Both the position numbers and the translations under genes were made by a program. A DNA stretch of 64,000 bases from an uncultured Bacteroidales bacterium (lineage in GTDB: Bacteria; Bacteroidota; Bacteroidia; Bacteroidales; UBA3824). The DNA lies in contig CAJOJG010000006.1 of the NCBI GenBank assembly GCA_905234655.1, positions 4,709-68,708 on the forward strand, in the 5' to 3' direction. The notes below the pieces were generated by a model that was not told where the DNA came from, did no database searches, and was given only the letters and a program-made list of their open reading frames with translations. Positions within the stretch are counted from its first letter, which is position 1. Every line of letters begins with the position of its first letter. This document shows, piece after piece, positions 29,701 through 37,439 of the stretch.

Positions 29701-29976
29701 TCCCGACAGTCCGACCGTTACATCGAGGACGGCTCGTACATCAGGTTGCAGAACATCTCGCTCGGCTACACGCTCAAGAAAGACTGGGTGAAGAAAGTCA
29801 AGCTCCAGAACGTCCGCGTCTATGCCAACCTCCAGAACGTCTACACCTGGACCAAGTATTCGGGATACGACCCCGAAGTGGGCTGCATGTACGGCAACGC
29901 GCTCTTGAACGGCCTCGACTACGGACGCTACCCCTCGCCGCGCATCGTCACCTTCGGCGTCAACGTCCAATTCTAA
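26785..29976 (+). CDS. SusC/RagA-family transporter (second xylan PUL)
   Basis: 1063 aa. Motifs: ATISGTVTDEGGFGLPGVSIVEVGTTNGTISDMDGNF, VVVVGYGQMKRSD, ASNGVIMITTKRG. It ends ...TFGVNVQF. Confidence 0.95.
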   Translation: MRNQIKRRSAVLTLLFLLFPMLLAAQRATISGTVTDEGGFGLPGVSIVEVGTTNGTISDMDGNFSLSVSKTPARVAFSFIGYTSQEVPVTGNASGIKVVLEEDTKAIDEVVVVGYGQMKRSDLTGSVVSVDEKSISRSVPTSVDQVLQGRAAGVQIQANSGTPGASTSIRIRGTNSLNASNQPIFVIDGVVVDPAGADSNDPTSSNNPLASINPSDIVSMDVLKDASATAIYGARASNGVIMITTKRGKSGEATITYDGYVGWQQMAKKLDMMDLKQYAAHHNARAAAGIVSFSDAFVNVNALGDGTDWQEALFDNGAFMQSHNLSVTGGNENNTYAMGAGYMNQDGIAVGSGFRRLTLRGNMDSQVRKWVKNSLSFSLTDSKQDVGADNTVILNALQSQPSAALTSADGSYDGPDNGDGQAVWLPVNPIAMATIKENYNKKLNFRINEALDFNIYKGITFKTELSADYNTNKFYYYMPDYAFGVLTRDTREGTWTNTTTKYWSWRNILNYSETFAEKHRFNAMLGQEMSHSHWESQASSGSGFLSNSVHDPSAGDRAASSSTGSQNNTSLFSYFGRLFYSFDERYMLTFTLRRDGSSRFDEDKRWGWFPSAALAWKVSSESFVKDFAEKIKMNNMKIRVGWGSTGNQNVSDWQYISLLASKSTPWGSGVLAANTANPDLQWETTNSVNAGLDLNFLNNRIEFIFDYYYKKTKDLLLEIALPAMLGSEGNGAASKPWANIGSMENKGVEFTLNTVNIDKHGFQWRTNLVFSHNKNKIVELDSDSGMVPGQFSFGSGTWTITKSVVGAPVGQFYGYKVIGRFEKAEDFYYRDADGNLKQVAIPTGSSISESGTYIGDYIFEDINDDGVIDDQDQTVIGDPNPDFTFGIGNTFSYKGFDLTLYFNGSYGNDVFNLNRYYIDDVRVNGNVLADAADYARLEVIDPDLPDNDYRNLRVANTSTMYPRASAANTNNNSRQSDRYIEDGSYIRLQNISLGYTLKKDWVKKVKLQNVRVYANLQNVYTWTKYSGYDPEVGCMYGNALLNGLDYGRYPSPRIVTFGVNVQF

Positions 29977-30091
29977 TAGTCGCTTACGCGATTTTATACA
30001 GTCGCTTCGCGAGAAAGATTTCCGCCCGACAGGGCGCAAAACAAATCGCCCGCCAGGGCGAAAAAACTCAACAAATTAGTAAAAAATAATT

Positions 30092-31840
30092 ATGAGAAAC
30101 AAAATAAAATACCTGGGGCTTTTGGCGGTTGGAGCGGTTGCCTTCGCGGGCTGTGGCGAGGATTTCCTGGAACAGGAAAACACCACAAGCCTTAACATGG
30201 CGACATTCTTCGACAGCGACGATGCCATATCAGAAGCCACAGCCACACTGTACAACTACGTGTGGAACTCCTTCAACGGCAAACTGTACTACTCCATGGG
30301 CGACGGCCGCGCCAACAACATCACCGCCCAGTGGAGTAATTACATCAAGTATTTCACCAACTTCAACGACGACGGCACGACCGAAGGCTTGTACGACGGA
30401 TGGTCGGCGCTCTATTCGGTGGTCGCCCAGTCCAACAACGTCATCAACAACGTCCAAAAGTACGCCGTCGGCTCTGTAAGCCCGGAAGCGGTAACGCAAG
30501 GCATCGCCGAGGCGCGTTTCATGCGTGGCACGGCATACTGGTACTTGGCATCGCTTTGGGGCAATGTAGTCCTCTACGAAAACACCGGCGATTTGGTCAA
30601 CAACTACCTCCTCGCGCCCCACAGGCAGGCTGACGTGTTCGAGTTTGCAATCCGCGACCTTGAGTATGCCGCCAAGTACCTGCCGTCGTCGTCGTCCGCA
30701 GCCGGCCGTGTCAACAAGTACTCCGCATACGCAATGCTTTCGAGGGTATACCTCTCGATGGCGGGCATCACGACAAGCGAACAGTACAACGGCTCAAACA
30801 TCAAGACCGACTTCAACGACGGACAGCGCAACGCCTACTACCTCGATTTGGCTAAGAAGTCCGCAAGCACGGCAATCGAAAAAGGCCCGTACAAACTCAT
30901 GGACAATTTCGCCGACCTTTTCAAGATCGAAAACAACAACTGCGCCGAGGACATCTTCCAGCTTCAATGGATAGCCGGCTCGACTTCCGCCAACGGCTGG
31001 GGCTGCAACCAGGACATCACCGCATTCTTCGGCTGGTCCACGATGGTAAGCGACGAGACTAACTGGGGCGGCGCGACATGTTGCTCGTGGGATTTGTATG
31101 CTGAGTTCCACAGGCTCGACACCGAGGACGGACTGTTCAACTTTGGTACTCTCTACGCCGACGAGAACCCTGCGCTCGACAAGCGTCTCCAGCCCACAAT
31201 CGCCGAGTATGGCAACTCCTATCCTGAAATTAATGTCAAGAACGGCGGCTACATATACGGCAAGACCGAGAGCGCGTCCACCAACGGTGCAAACATCAAG
31301 AAGTACGTCGTAGGCACACATGACGACAATGGCGTAAGCTACAAGCAATCTTCCGCCATCAACACCCACATGATGCGTCTCGCCGAAGTTTACCTCAACT
31401 ATGCCGACGCAGCTCTTGGCAACAATTCAACGACAGACGACGCCACTGCGTTGGAGTATTTCAACAAAGTCCGCGAGCGTGCCGGGATGCCAGCCGTTTC
31501 TCAGATTTCGTATGAAAAACTCCGCCACGAGTACCGTCTTGAGACCGCCTTCGAGGGTCAATACTGGTATTTCCTCGTCCGCAGGGCTTACGGCCATCAG
31601 CAAGAAGTCGTCAACTACCTCAACGCCCAGGACCGCAACCGCACTTACAAGTATGTTGAGGCGGACGGAAAGTATGTCCAGAGCGAGAATCCAGGCTCGG
31701 GCGTGTTCCCGGCAGACGCTGGCCGCCTCCTCTTGCGCTATCCCGACACCGAGACCGCCAAAAACCCCGCATTGAACAACGCGGCCGGCGCATACCCATT
31801 CGGCGACCGCGAAGTTGACGAAGCCACCCTTTTCGATTAG
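30092..31840 (+). CDS. SusD/RagB-family lipoprotein
   Basis: 582 aa. Lipobox FAGCGEDFLEQEN. Motifs: RFMRGTAYWYLASLWG, LAEVYLNYADAAL, LETAFEGQYWYFLVR. Confidence 0.95.
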   Translation: MRNKIKYLGLLAVGAVAFAGCGEDFLEQENTTSLNMATFFDSDDAISEATATLYNYVWNSFNGKLYYSMGDGRANNITAQWSNYIKYFTNFNDDGTTEGLYDGWSALYSVVAQSNNVINNVQKYAVGSVSPEAVTQGIAEARFMRGTAYWYLASLWGNVVLYENTGDLVNNYLLAPHRQADVFEFAIRDLEYAAKYLPSSSSAAGRVNKYSAYAMLSRVYLSMAGITTSEQYNGSNIKTDFNDGQRNAYYLDLAKKSASTAIEKGPYKLMDNFADLFKIENNNCAEDIFQLQWIAGSTSANGWGCNQDITAFFGWSTMVSDETNWGGATCCSWDLYAEFHRLDTEDGLFNFGTLYADENPALDKRLQPTIAEYGNSYPEINVKNGGYIYGKTESASTNGANIKKYVVGTHDDNGVSYKQSSAINTHMMRLAEVYLNYADAALGNNSTTDDATALEYFNKVRERAGMPAVSQISYEKLRHEYRLETAFEGQYWYFLVRRAYGHQQEVVNYLNAQDRNRTYKYVEADGKYVQSENPGSGVFPADAGRLLLRYPDTETAKNPALNNAAGAYPFGDREVDEATLFD

Positions 31841-31870
31841 TCACTAATAAAATAAAATAAAGCATAGATT

Positions 31871-33286
31871 ATGAAAAAACTATTATACATCGCCGCTGCG
31901 TCGCTCCTTGCCTTGAATCTCTATTCGTGCAAGGACGAGGACGGCAATCCGTACCCGGGCGGCAGCGGCGCAGTAACGGTAAACAAGGTCTATCTCCTTG
32001 ACGCCGATGCCGACGAGGACAAGGGCGAACTGAAAGAACGCGAGGTTGACTTTGCGCGCCTTGGTCAGACCCTGAGGCTCGAAGGCTCGGGCTTCGGTGG
32101 CACGCTCAAAGTCCTTGTCAACGGCTACGAGACCTACTTCAACACCGCACTCGCCACCGACAATTCGATGATTTTCTCGCTCTCCGGCACAACGCCCGTG
32201 GCTGGTGCGGACGAGAGCGTGAGAAACAAAATCCAGTTTGTGAAGTCCTCCGGCACTTACACCTACGATTTCACAATCCGCGCCGCCTCGCCCTCTATCA
32301 CGGCCGTCTCTCCGTCATTGCCGCAGGTCGGCGAACTCGTGAAGGTTTCAGGCTCTAATCTCGAAGAAGTATCCGAAATCACACTTCCCGGCGGCATCAA
32401 AGTTACCGACGGCATCGTCAACGCCCCCGAGGAGGAGACAGGCGAATGGTTCACGTTTGTGATGCCCGACGGCGTTACCGAGAGTGGCACAGTTGCCATC
32501 GTCGGTGCCAACGGTCAGGCAATTTCGGGCGCGTACTTCAACGACTTCGACTGTTTCATCACCGACTTCGACGGCAAAGGCGAACTCGGCGGCTGGTCGG
32601 CGACGTTCTCTGCCGACGACCTTGTGGACGACCCCCTCAACTCGGGTCGCGGCAAGGTTGCGATGCTCATTCCGGGTCTCGGCGTGGCTGACGCAAAATA
32701 CGAAAACGGCGTCAATCCCGGCGTGGACCACATCGAATATTGGGCCACCGCCGGCAACGACAACGACAACGACGACTGGACGCGCATGACTTCCAAAATC
32801 CCCGCCGAAACGTCGCTCGACGAACTTGCAATACAGTTTGACATCTATGTGGACGGTGTGTGGAGCGAGACCGGGCAGCTGGAGATTTCGCTCGCCAACA
32901 ACCTCAATTCCTACGGCTACGGCTCGGCAAACGCATCGCCCGGCAATTCGGGCGTCGTATCGGGCGCGGCTGTCTGGGTGCCGTGGTTAGACAAGAGCAA
33001 TCCTGCCGTCCCCGTCCCTTACGCCACCGAGGCTTGGCAGACAGTAACGATTCCCTTGACGGATTTCGGCGAGTTTGCCGACGGCGAAGCCCATGTATTC
33101 CAGGAGGCCATCGACTTGCGAAACAATTGCAGTTACAAAAACTTCCTTGTTTTTGCAAGCAACGCCAACCTGAAGTACGGCGACGAGGAAGGCCAGGTGT
33201 ATGAGGCTAAGGTTTTCGACCCCAAAATCTACATCGACAACTTCCGCGTCGTCAACACCAAGACAACCACCGTTTCGGATTTTTAA
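31871..33286 (+). CDS. IPT/TIG-domain surface glycan-binding lipoprotein (SGBP candidate)
   Basis: 471 aa. Lipobox NLYSCKDEDG. Two IPT/TIG-like modules are present (RLEGSGFGGTLKVLVNG; ITAVSPSLPQVGELVKVSGSNLEEVSEITLPGG), followed by a ~270 aa beta-rich C-domain. It sits directly after SusD. Confidence 0.7.
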   Translation: MKKLLYIAAASLLALNLYSCKDEDGNPYPGGSGAVTVNKVYLLDADADEDKGELKEREVDFARLGQTLRLEGSGFGGTLKVLVNGYETYFNTALATDNSMIFSLSGTTPVAGADESVRNKIQFVKSSGTYTYDFTIRAASPSITAVSPSLPQVGELVKVSGSNLEEVSEITLPGGIKVTDGIVNAPEEETGEWFTFVMPDGVTESGTVAIVGANGQAISGAYFNDFDCFITDFDGKGELGGWSATFSADDLVDDPLNSGRGKVAMLIPGLGVADAKYENGVNPGVDHIEYWATAGNDNDNDDWTRMTSKIPAETSLDELAIQFDIYVDGVWSETGQLEISLANNLNSYGYGSANASPGNSGVVSGAAVWVPWLDKSNPAVPVPYATEAWQTVTIPLTDFGEFADGEAHVFQEAIDLRNNCSYKNFLVFASNANLKYGDEEGQVYEAKVFDPKIYIDNFRVVNTKTTTVSDF

Positions 33287-33298
33287 ATAATCAATAAT

Positions 33299-33339
33299 AA
33301 CCACGAAAAATTATCGTGCCTTTCGTGTTTTTCGTGGTT
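33299..33339 (+). repeat. Hairpin repeat, CCACGAAAAA variant (copy B)
   Basis: AACCACGAAAAA...TTTTTCGTGGTT. The right arm TCGTGCCTTTCGTGTTTTTCGTGGTTAAAAAAA is nearly identical to 57847-57880. It lies 17 nt upstream of ATG 33357. Confidence 0.8.
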
Positions 33340-33356
33340 AAAAAAACAGAAAAACA

Positions 33357-35729
33357 ATGAAAACATTACATAAGATAATGCCCGTCGCCCTCTGTGGCGC
33401 GTTGCTTCTTGCCGCCTGCGACGACGACAAGATGGACTGGCACACGCCCGAGGGACACACGCCGATTTCGTCCGTTGACGAGATTCCGCTGTCGTCGGAC
33501 GAGGCCATGGCAAACTACAAGTTCATCAAGGAATACATGGCGGAATACATGCCGGGCGTCACCATCGGCATCGGACTCGGCGCCGACAAGTACCTTTCCG
33601 ACGAGGCTTACCAGAAGGTGGCCAGCAACAATTTCCAGCAGTTCGTCACCGGCAACGCCATGAAGTTCGGCTCGGTGTGCAGCCGCACCGGCGTGCTCGA
33701 CTTCACCACCATCGACGCTTTCATCGAGAAGGTCAAGGAAAACAATTCCGACGCCCAAATCTTCGGTCACAACCTCATCTGGCACACGCAGCAGCCGCAG
33801 GACTACCTTCGCAGCCTTATCGCGCCCACCAAGGTGACGCTTGCGAGCGGCGGCATCGCCAACGAGCTTTCGGGCGACGACAGCGACTTCAACGGCGGCA
33901 CTTCCGGCGGCTGGGGAAGCTGGGGCAGCAACAAGGAATCCGCCGCAGTGGAGGATGGCGCGGGCTTTGGCGGCACGCCCTGCATGGTTCTCGCCAACAA
34001 GGGCGACGGCAATGCCTGGGAGGCGCAGTTTGCCTACACTTTCGCCGACTACCTCAAACAGTCTGACGACGCCCACGACTACACCTACGTCATACGCTTC
34101 AAGGCTAAGTCGAGCACCGCCGCCGGACAAATCCAGTTCCAGTACCAAAACGGCACGACTTACGGCAGCCAGGGCGGCTACAACACCTTTGAGGTCAATA
34201 CCGGCTGGTCCACCTGCGAACACGAGTTCCAAATCACCGCATACGACGACGTCAACCGCATCATCCTCAATTTTGGCAAGGCGGGCGGCACGTATTACAT
34301 CGACGACATTGAGTTTGGGCTGAAAGTGGAAGATGCCTACCCCGACCCGATGGACGACGAACTTGGCACGGACGGCACATTCGAGAGCGGTGAGAGTGCA
34401 TGGGGCTGCTGGGGCGGCAACAAGCCTACGGCTTCCGTGTCAGACGAGGGCCAGGGCTACAACAGCAAGTACTGCCTCATACTCGACAACCCGGCTGAGG
34501 GCGGCTCTGGCAACAGCTGGAAGTCCCAGTGCGCCTACACGTTCAATGAACCGTTGGAGCAAAACGCCACATACGTCATCAGTTTCTACGCCAAATCGTC
34601 GGTAAGCAGCGGCGTAATGCAGTTCCAGTACCAAAACAGCGAGACTTACGGCAGCCAGGGCGGCTACCACAATTTTGAAATCACCGACCAGTGGGCAAAA
34701 TACGAATACGAGTTCACTATGCCCAACGACGACGACAACCGCATCCTCTTGAATTTCGGCGAAGTGATAGCCACCTATTACGTCGACGACATCAAGTTTG
34801 GCAAGAAGAAGGCTACATCCAAACGCTCGCTTTCCAAAGCGTCCACCACATCCTACACCATCAAGAGCCCCGAAGAAAAACAGACCGCTCTTCTCGGCGC
34901 AATGGAATCGTGGATTACCGAGATGGTAACTCATTGTAAAGAGAAAGGCAACGTAATGGAATGGGACGTCCTCAACGAGGCAATCGGCGACGACAGCAAA
35001 ATCCGTGGCGTTGACGGCGGATATATGTCTGACGATGCCCAGCCGACTGAAACCGAGACCGACGGCCTCAAACTCAACTGGCAGTCCGACCACTTCTACT
35101 GGGGCTACTACCTCGGCAAGGATTACGCCGTAAAAGCCTTCCAGTACGCACGCGCGGCAGCCGGCGCCGATGCAAAACTCTACATCAACGACTACAACCT
35201 CGAAACTTCTGATTCAAAACTCGAAGCCCTCATTAATTACGTCAAGTACATAGACGAGACTAATGGCGGCGCGATTGTGGACGGTATCGGCACGCAGATG
35301 CACATTATGTGTTTCAACACCGACGACACGAAGAACGACGACGCAAAGGCAAAGATTGTCAACATGTTCACCAAACTCGCCGCTACTGGCAAGTCGGTGC
35401 GTATCAGTGAGTTGGATGTTGCGTTCTCTTATACCCACGACGACGAGACTAAGGTAAGCCCGTCCGCTGAGCAACTTCAGGCGCAGTCCGACACCTACAA
35501 GTACGTCATCGAGCAGTACAAGGCCATCGTCCCCACGGCACAGCAGGGCGGCATCTGCGTATGGTCGCTCACCGACGCCGACGACGAGCATGAATATTGG
35601 CTCAAGGGCGACAAACCCAACCTCTTCAATGCCGACTTCAGCCGCAAGCCCGCCTACAAGGGCGTTTGCGACGGCATCGCCGGCAAGGATTTGAGTGCCG
35701 ACTTCACCGGCAGCCAGTGGAATAATTAA
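33357..35729 (+). CDS. GH10 endo-xylanase with tandem CBM4/22-like insert (Xyn10C-type), lipoprotein
   Basis: 790 aa. Lipobox LLAACDDD. Motifs: TGNAMKF, FGHNLIWHTQQP, insert after DYLRSLIAPTKV, then EWDVLNEA (acid/base), YINDYNLE, GIGTQMH, VRISELDV (nucleophile). The two inserted repeats share QFQYQN..TYGSQGGY and YY(I/V)DDI(E/K)FG. Confidence 0.9.
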   Translation: MKTLHKIMPVALCGALLLAACDDDKMDWHTPEGHTPISSVDEIPLSSDEAMANYKFIKEYMAEYMPGVTIGIGLGADKYLSDEAYQKVASNNFQQFVTGNAMKFGSVCSRTGVLDFTTIDAFIEKVKENNSDAQIFGHNLIWHTQQPQDYLRSLIAPTKVTLASGGIANELSGDDSDFNGGTSGGWGSWGSNKESAAVEDGAGFGGTPCMVLANKGDGNAWEAQFAYTFADYLKQSDDAHDYTYVIRFKAKSSTAAGQIQFQYQNGTTYGSQGGYNTFEVNTGWSTCEHEFQITAYDDVNRIILNFGKAGGTYYIDDIEFGLKVEDAYPDPMDDELGTDGTFESGESAWGCWGGNKPTASVSDEGQGYNSKYCLILDNPAEGGSGNSWKSQCAYTFNEPLEQNATYVISFYAKSSVSSGVMQFQYQNSETYGSQGGYHNFEITDQWAKYEYEFTMPNDDDNRILLNFGEVIATYYVDDIKFGKKKATSKRSLSKASTTSYTIKSPEEKQTALLGAMESWITEMVTHCKEKGNVMEWDVLNEAIGDDSKIRGVDGGYMSDDAQPTETETDGLKLNWQSDHFYWGYYLGKDYAVKAFQYARAAAGADAKLYINDYNLETSDSKLEALINYVKYIDETNGGAIVDGIGTQMHIMCFNTDDTKNDDAKAKIVNMFTKLAATGKSVRISELDVAFSYTHDDETKVSPSAEQLQAQSDTYKYVIEQYKAIVPTAQQGGICVWSLTDADDEHEYWLKGDKPNLFNADFSRKPAYKGVCDGIAGKDLSADFTGSQWNN

Positions 35730-35766
35730 AAAGGAAATTTGTTTTAGTAGTTAATTAAGTAGTATT

Positions 35767-35801
35767 GAGGTCGCCTTCGCAATGAGGGCGGCCTCTTTTT
35801 G
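35767..35801 (+). terminator. Rho-independent terminator
   Basis: GAGGTCGCC-ttcgcaatgag-GGCGGCCTC followed by TTTTT, 38 nt after the stop at 35729. Confidence 0.55.
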
Positions 35802-35867
35802 TGAAAAAATTTTCGCAATGTCCATTTTTTTTATTAATATTGCAAAATTTTTCACAATCACAAAACC

Positions 35868-37364
35868 ATGGCACATATAATCAACGAAATTTCCAGGACT
35901 TTCAACGAGTACCTCTTGATCCCGGGCCTGACGACCAAGGATTGCACCCCTGATAATGTCAACCTTCAGACGCCTCTCGTAAAATTCAAGAAAGGCGAGA
36001 CCTCTGCGCTTTCGCTCAACGTCCCCTTCACGTCGGCGATAATGCAGTCTGTCTCGGATTCCAACATGGCTATCGCCCTCGCAAAAAGCGGCGGAATATC
36101 CTTCATCTACGGCTCTCAATCCATTGAGGATCAGGCCGAGATGGTTCGCAAAGTGAAGAAATACAAGGCGGGTTTCGTAGTTTCCAACGCCAACCTCACG
36201 CCCGAAAACACGTTGGCGGACGTGGTTGCGCTCAAAGCCAAGACCGGCTATTCCACAATCGGCATCACCGACGACGGCACGTCAAACGGCAAGCTACTCG
36301 GCATCGTAACGAGCCGCGACTACCGCCCCACCCGCGACCCCCACGACCGCAAAGTCAGGGATTTCATGACCCCGTTTGAGAAACTCGTCGTCGGCCGTTA
36401 TCCCCTCGACCTCAACGAGGCCAACGACATCATCTGGAACAACAAAATCAACGCCCTGCCCATAATCGACGACAACCAGCACCTCAAATTCTTCGTCTTC
36501 CGCAAAGACTACGACTCTCACAAGACCTATCCCCTCGAACTTTTGGACGACGACAAGTCGCTGCGCGTCGGCGCGGGCATCAATACACGCGACTACGCCG
36601 AGCGCGTCCCCAAACTCGTGGAGGCCGGCGTCGACGTCATCTGCATGGACTCGTCCGACGGATTTTCCGAATGGCAGAAAGAGACCATCAAGTGGGTGCG
36701 CGACAATTACGGCGACACCGTCAAAATCGGCGCGGGCAACGTCGTGGACGCCGAGGGCTTCAACTACCTCGCCGAGGCTGGCGCAGACTTCGTAAAAGTG
36801 GGCATCGGCGGCGGCAGCATCTGCATCACCCGCGAGCAAAAAGGCATCGGACGCGGTCAGGCTACCGCAATCATCGACGTTGCCAAAGCCCGCGACGAAT
36901 ACTTCGAGCGTACTGGCGTTTATATCCCAATCTGTTCTGACGGCGGCCTTGTGCAAGACTACCACATGGTGCTTGCCTTGGCGATGGGTGCGGATTTCCT
37001 GATGATGGGACGCTATTTTGCACGTTTTGACGAGTCGCCCACCAAGAAGATAATGATCAACGGCTCGTACATGAAGGAATATTGGGGCGAAGGCAGCAAC
37101 CGCGCCCGCAACTGGCAGCGTTACGACATGGGCGGCGACGCGGCGATGAAGTTTGAAGAAGGCGTCGATTCCTACGTCCCCTACGCCGGCAAGCTCAAAG
37201 ACAACCTCAAAGTAACCATCGACAAAATCAAGTCCACGATGTGTTCCTGCGGCGTTACGAGCCTCGACGACCTCAAACAAAACGCCAAAATCACCCTCGT
37301 ATCTTCCACCGGCATCATCGAGGGCGGCGCACACGACGTCATCCTCAAAGAACAGAAACAGTAA
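35868..37364 (+). CDS. guaB: IMP dehydrogenase
   Basis: 498 aa. It has the CBS-pair insert and the catalytic loop [47 protein letters not shown] is typical of GuaB. Confidence 0.95.
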   Translation: MAHIINEISRTFNEYLLIPGLTTKDCTPDNVNLQTPLVKFKKGETSALSLNVPFTSAIMQSVSDSNMAIALAKSGGISFIYGSQSIEDQAEMVRKVKKYKAGFVVSNANLTPENTLADVVALKAKTGYSTIGITDDGTSNGKLLGIVTSRDYRPTRDPHDRKVRDFMTPFEKLVVGRYPLDLNEANDIIWNNKINALPIIDDNQHLKFFVFRKDYDSHKTYPLELLDDDKSLRVGAGINTRDYAERVPKLVEAGVDVICMDSSDGFSEWQKETIKWVRDNYGDTVKIGAGNVVDAEGFNYLAEAGADFVKVGIGGGSICITREQKGIGRGQATAIIDVAKARDEYFERTGVYIPICSDGGLVQDYHMVLALAMGADFLMMGRYFARFDESPTKKIMINGSYMKEYWGEGSNRARNWQRYDMGGDAAMKFEEGVDSYVPYAGKLKDNLKVTIDKIKSTMCSCGVTSLDDLKQNAKITLVSSTGIIEGGAHDVILKEQKQ

Positions 37365-37369
37365 TTTGT

Positions 37370-37439
37370 TAATGCATAATTCATAATTCGTAGTCAATGC
37401 ATTATTCATAATGCATTATTCATTATGAATTATGCATTA
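37370..37439. terminator. AT-rich perfect 18-bp inverted repeat between convergent guaB and regulator genes (bidirectional terminator candidate)
   Basis: TAATGCATAATTCATAAT (37370-37387) pairs with ATTATGAATTATGCATTA (37422-37439). The loop holds a tandem AATGCATTATTCAT repeat. The right arm overlaps the regulator's stop codon. Confidence 0.45.
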
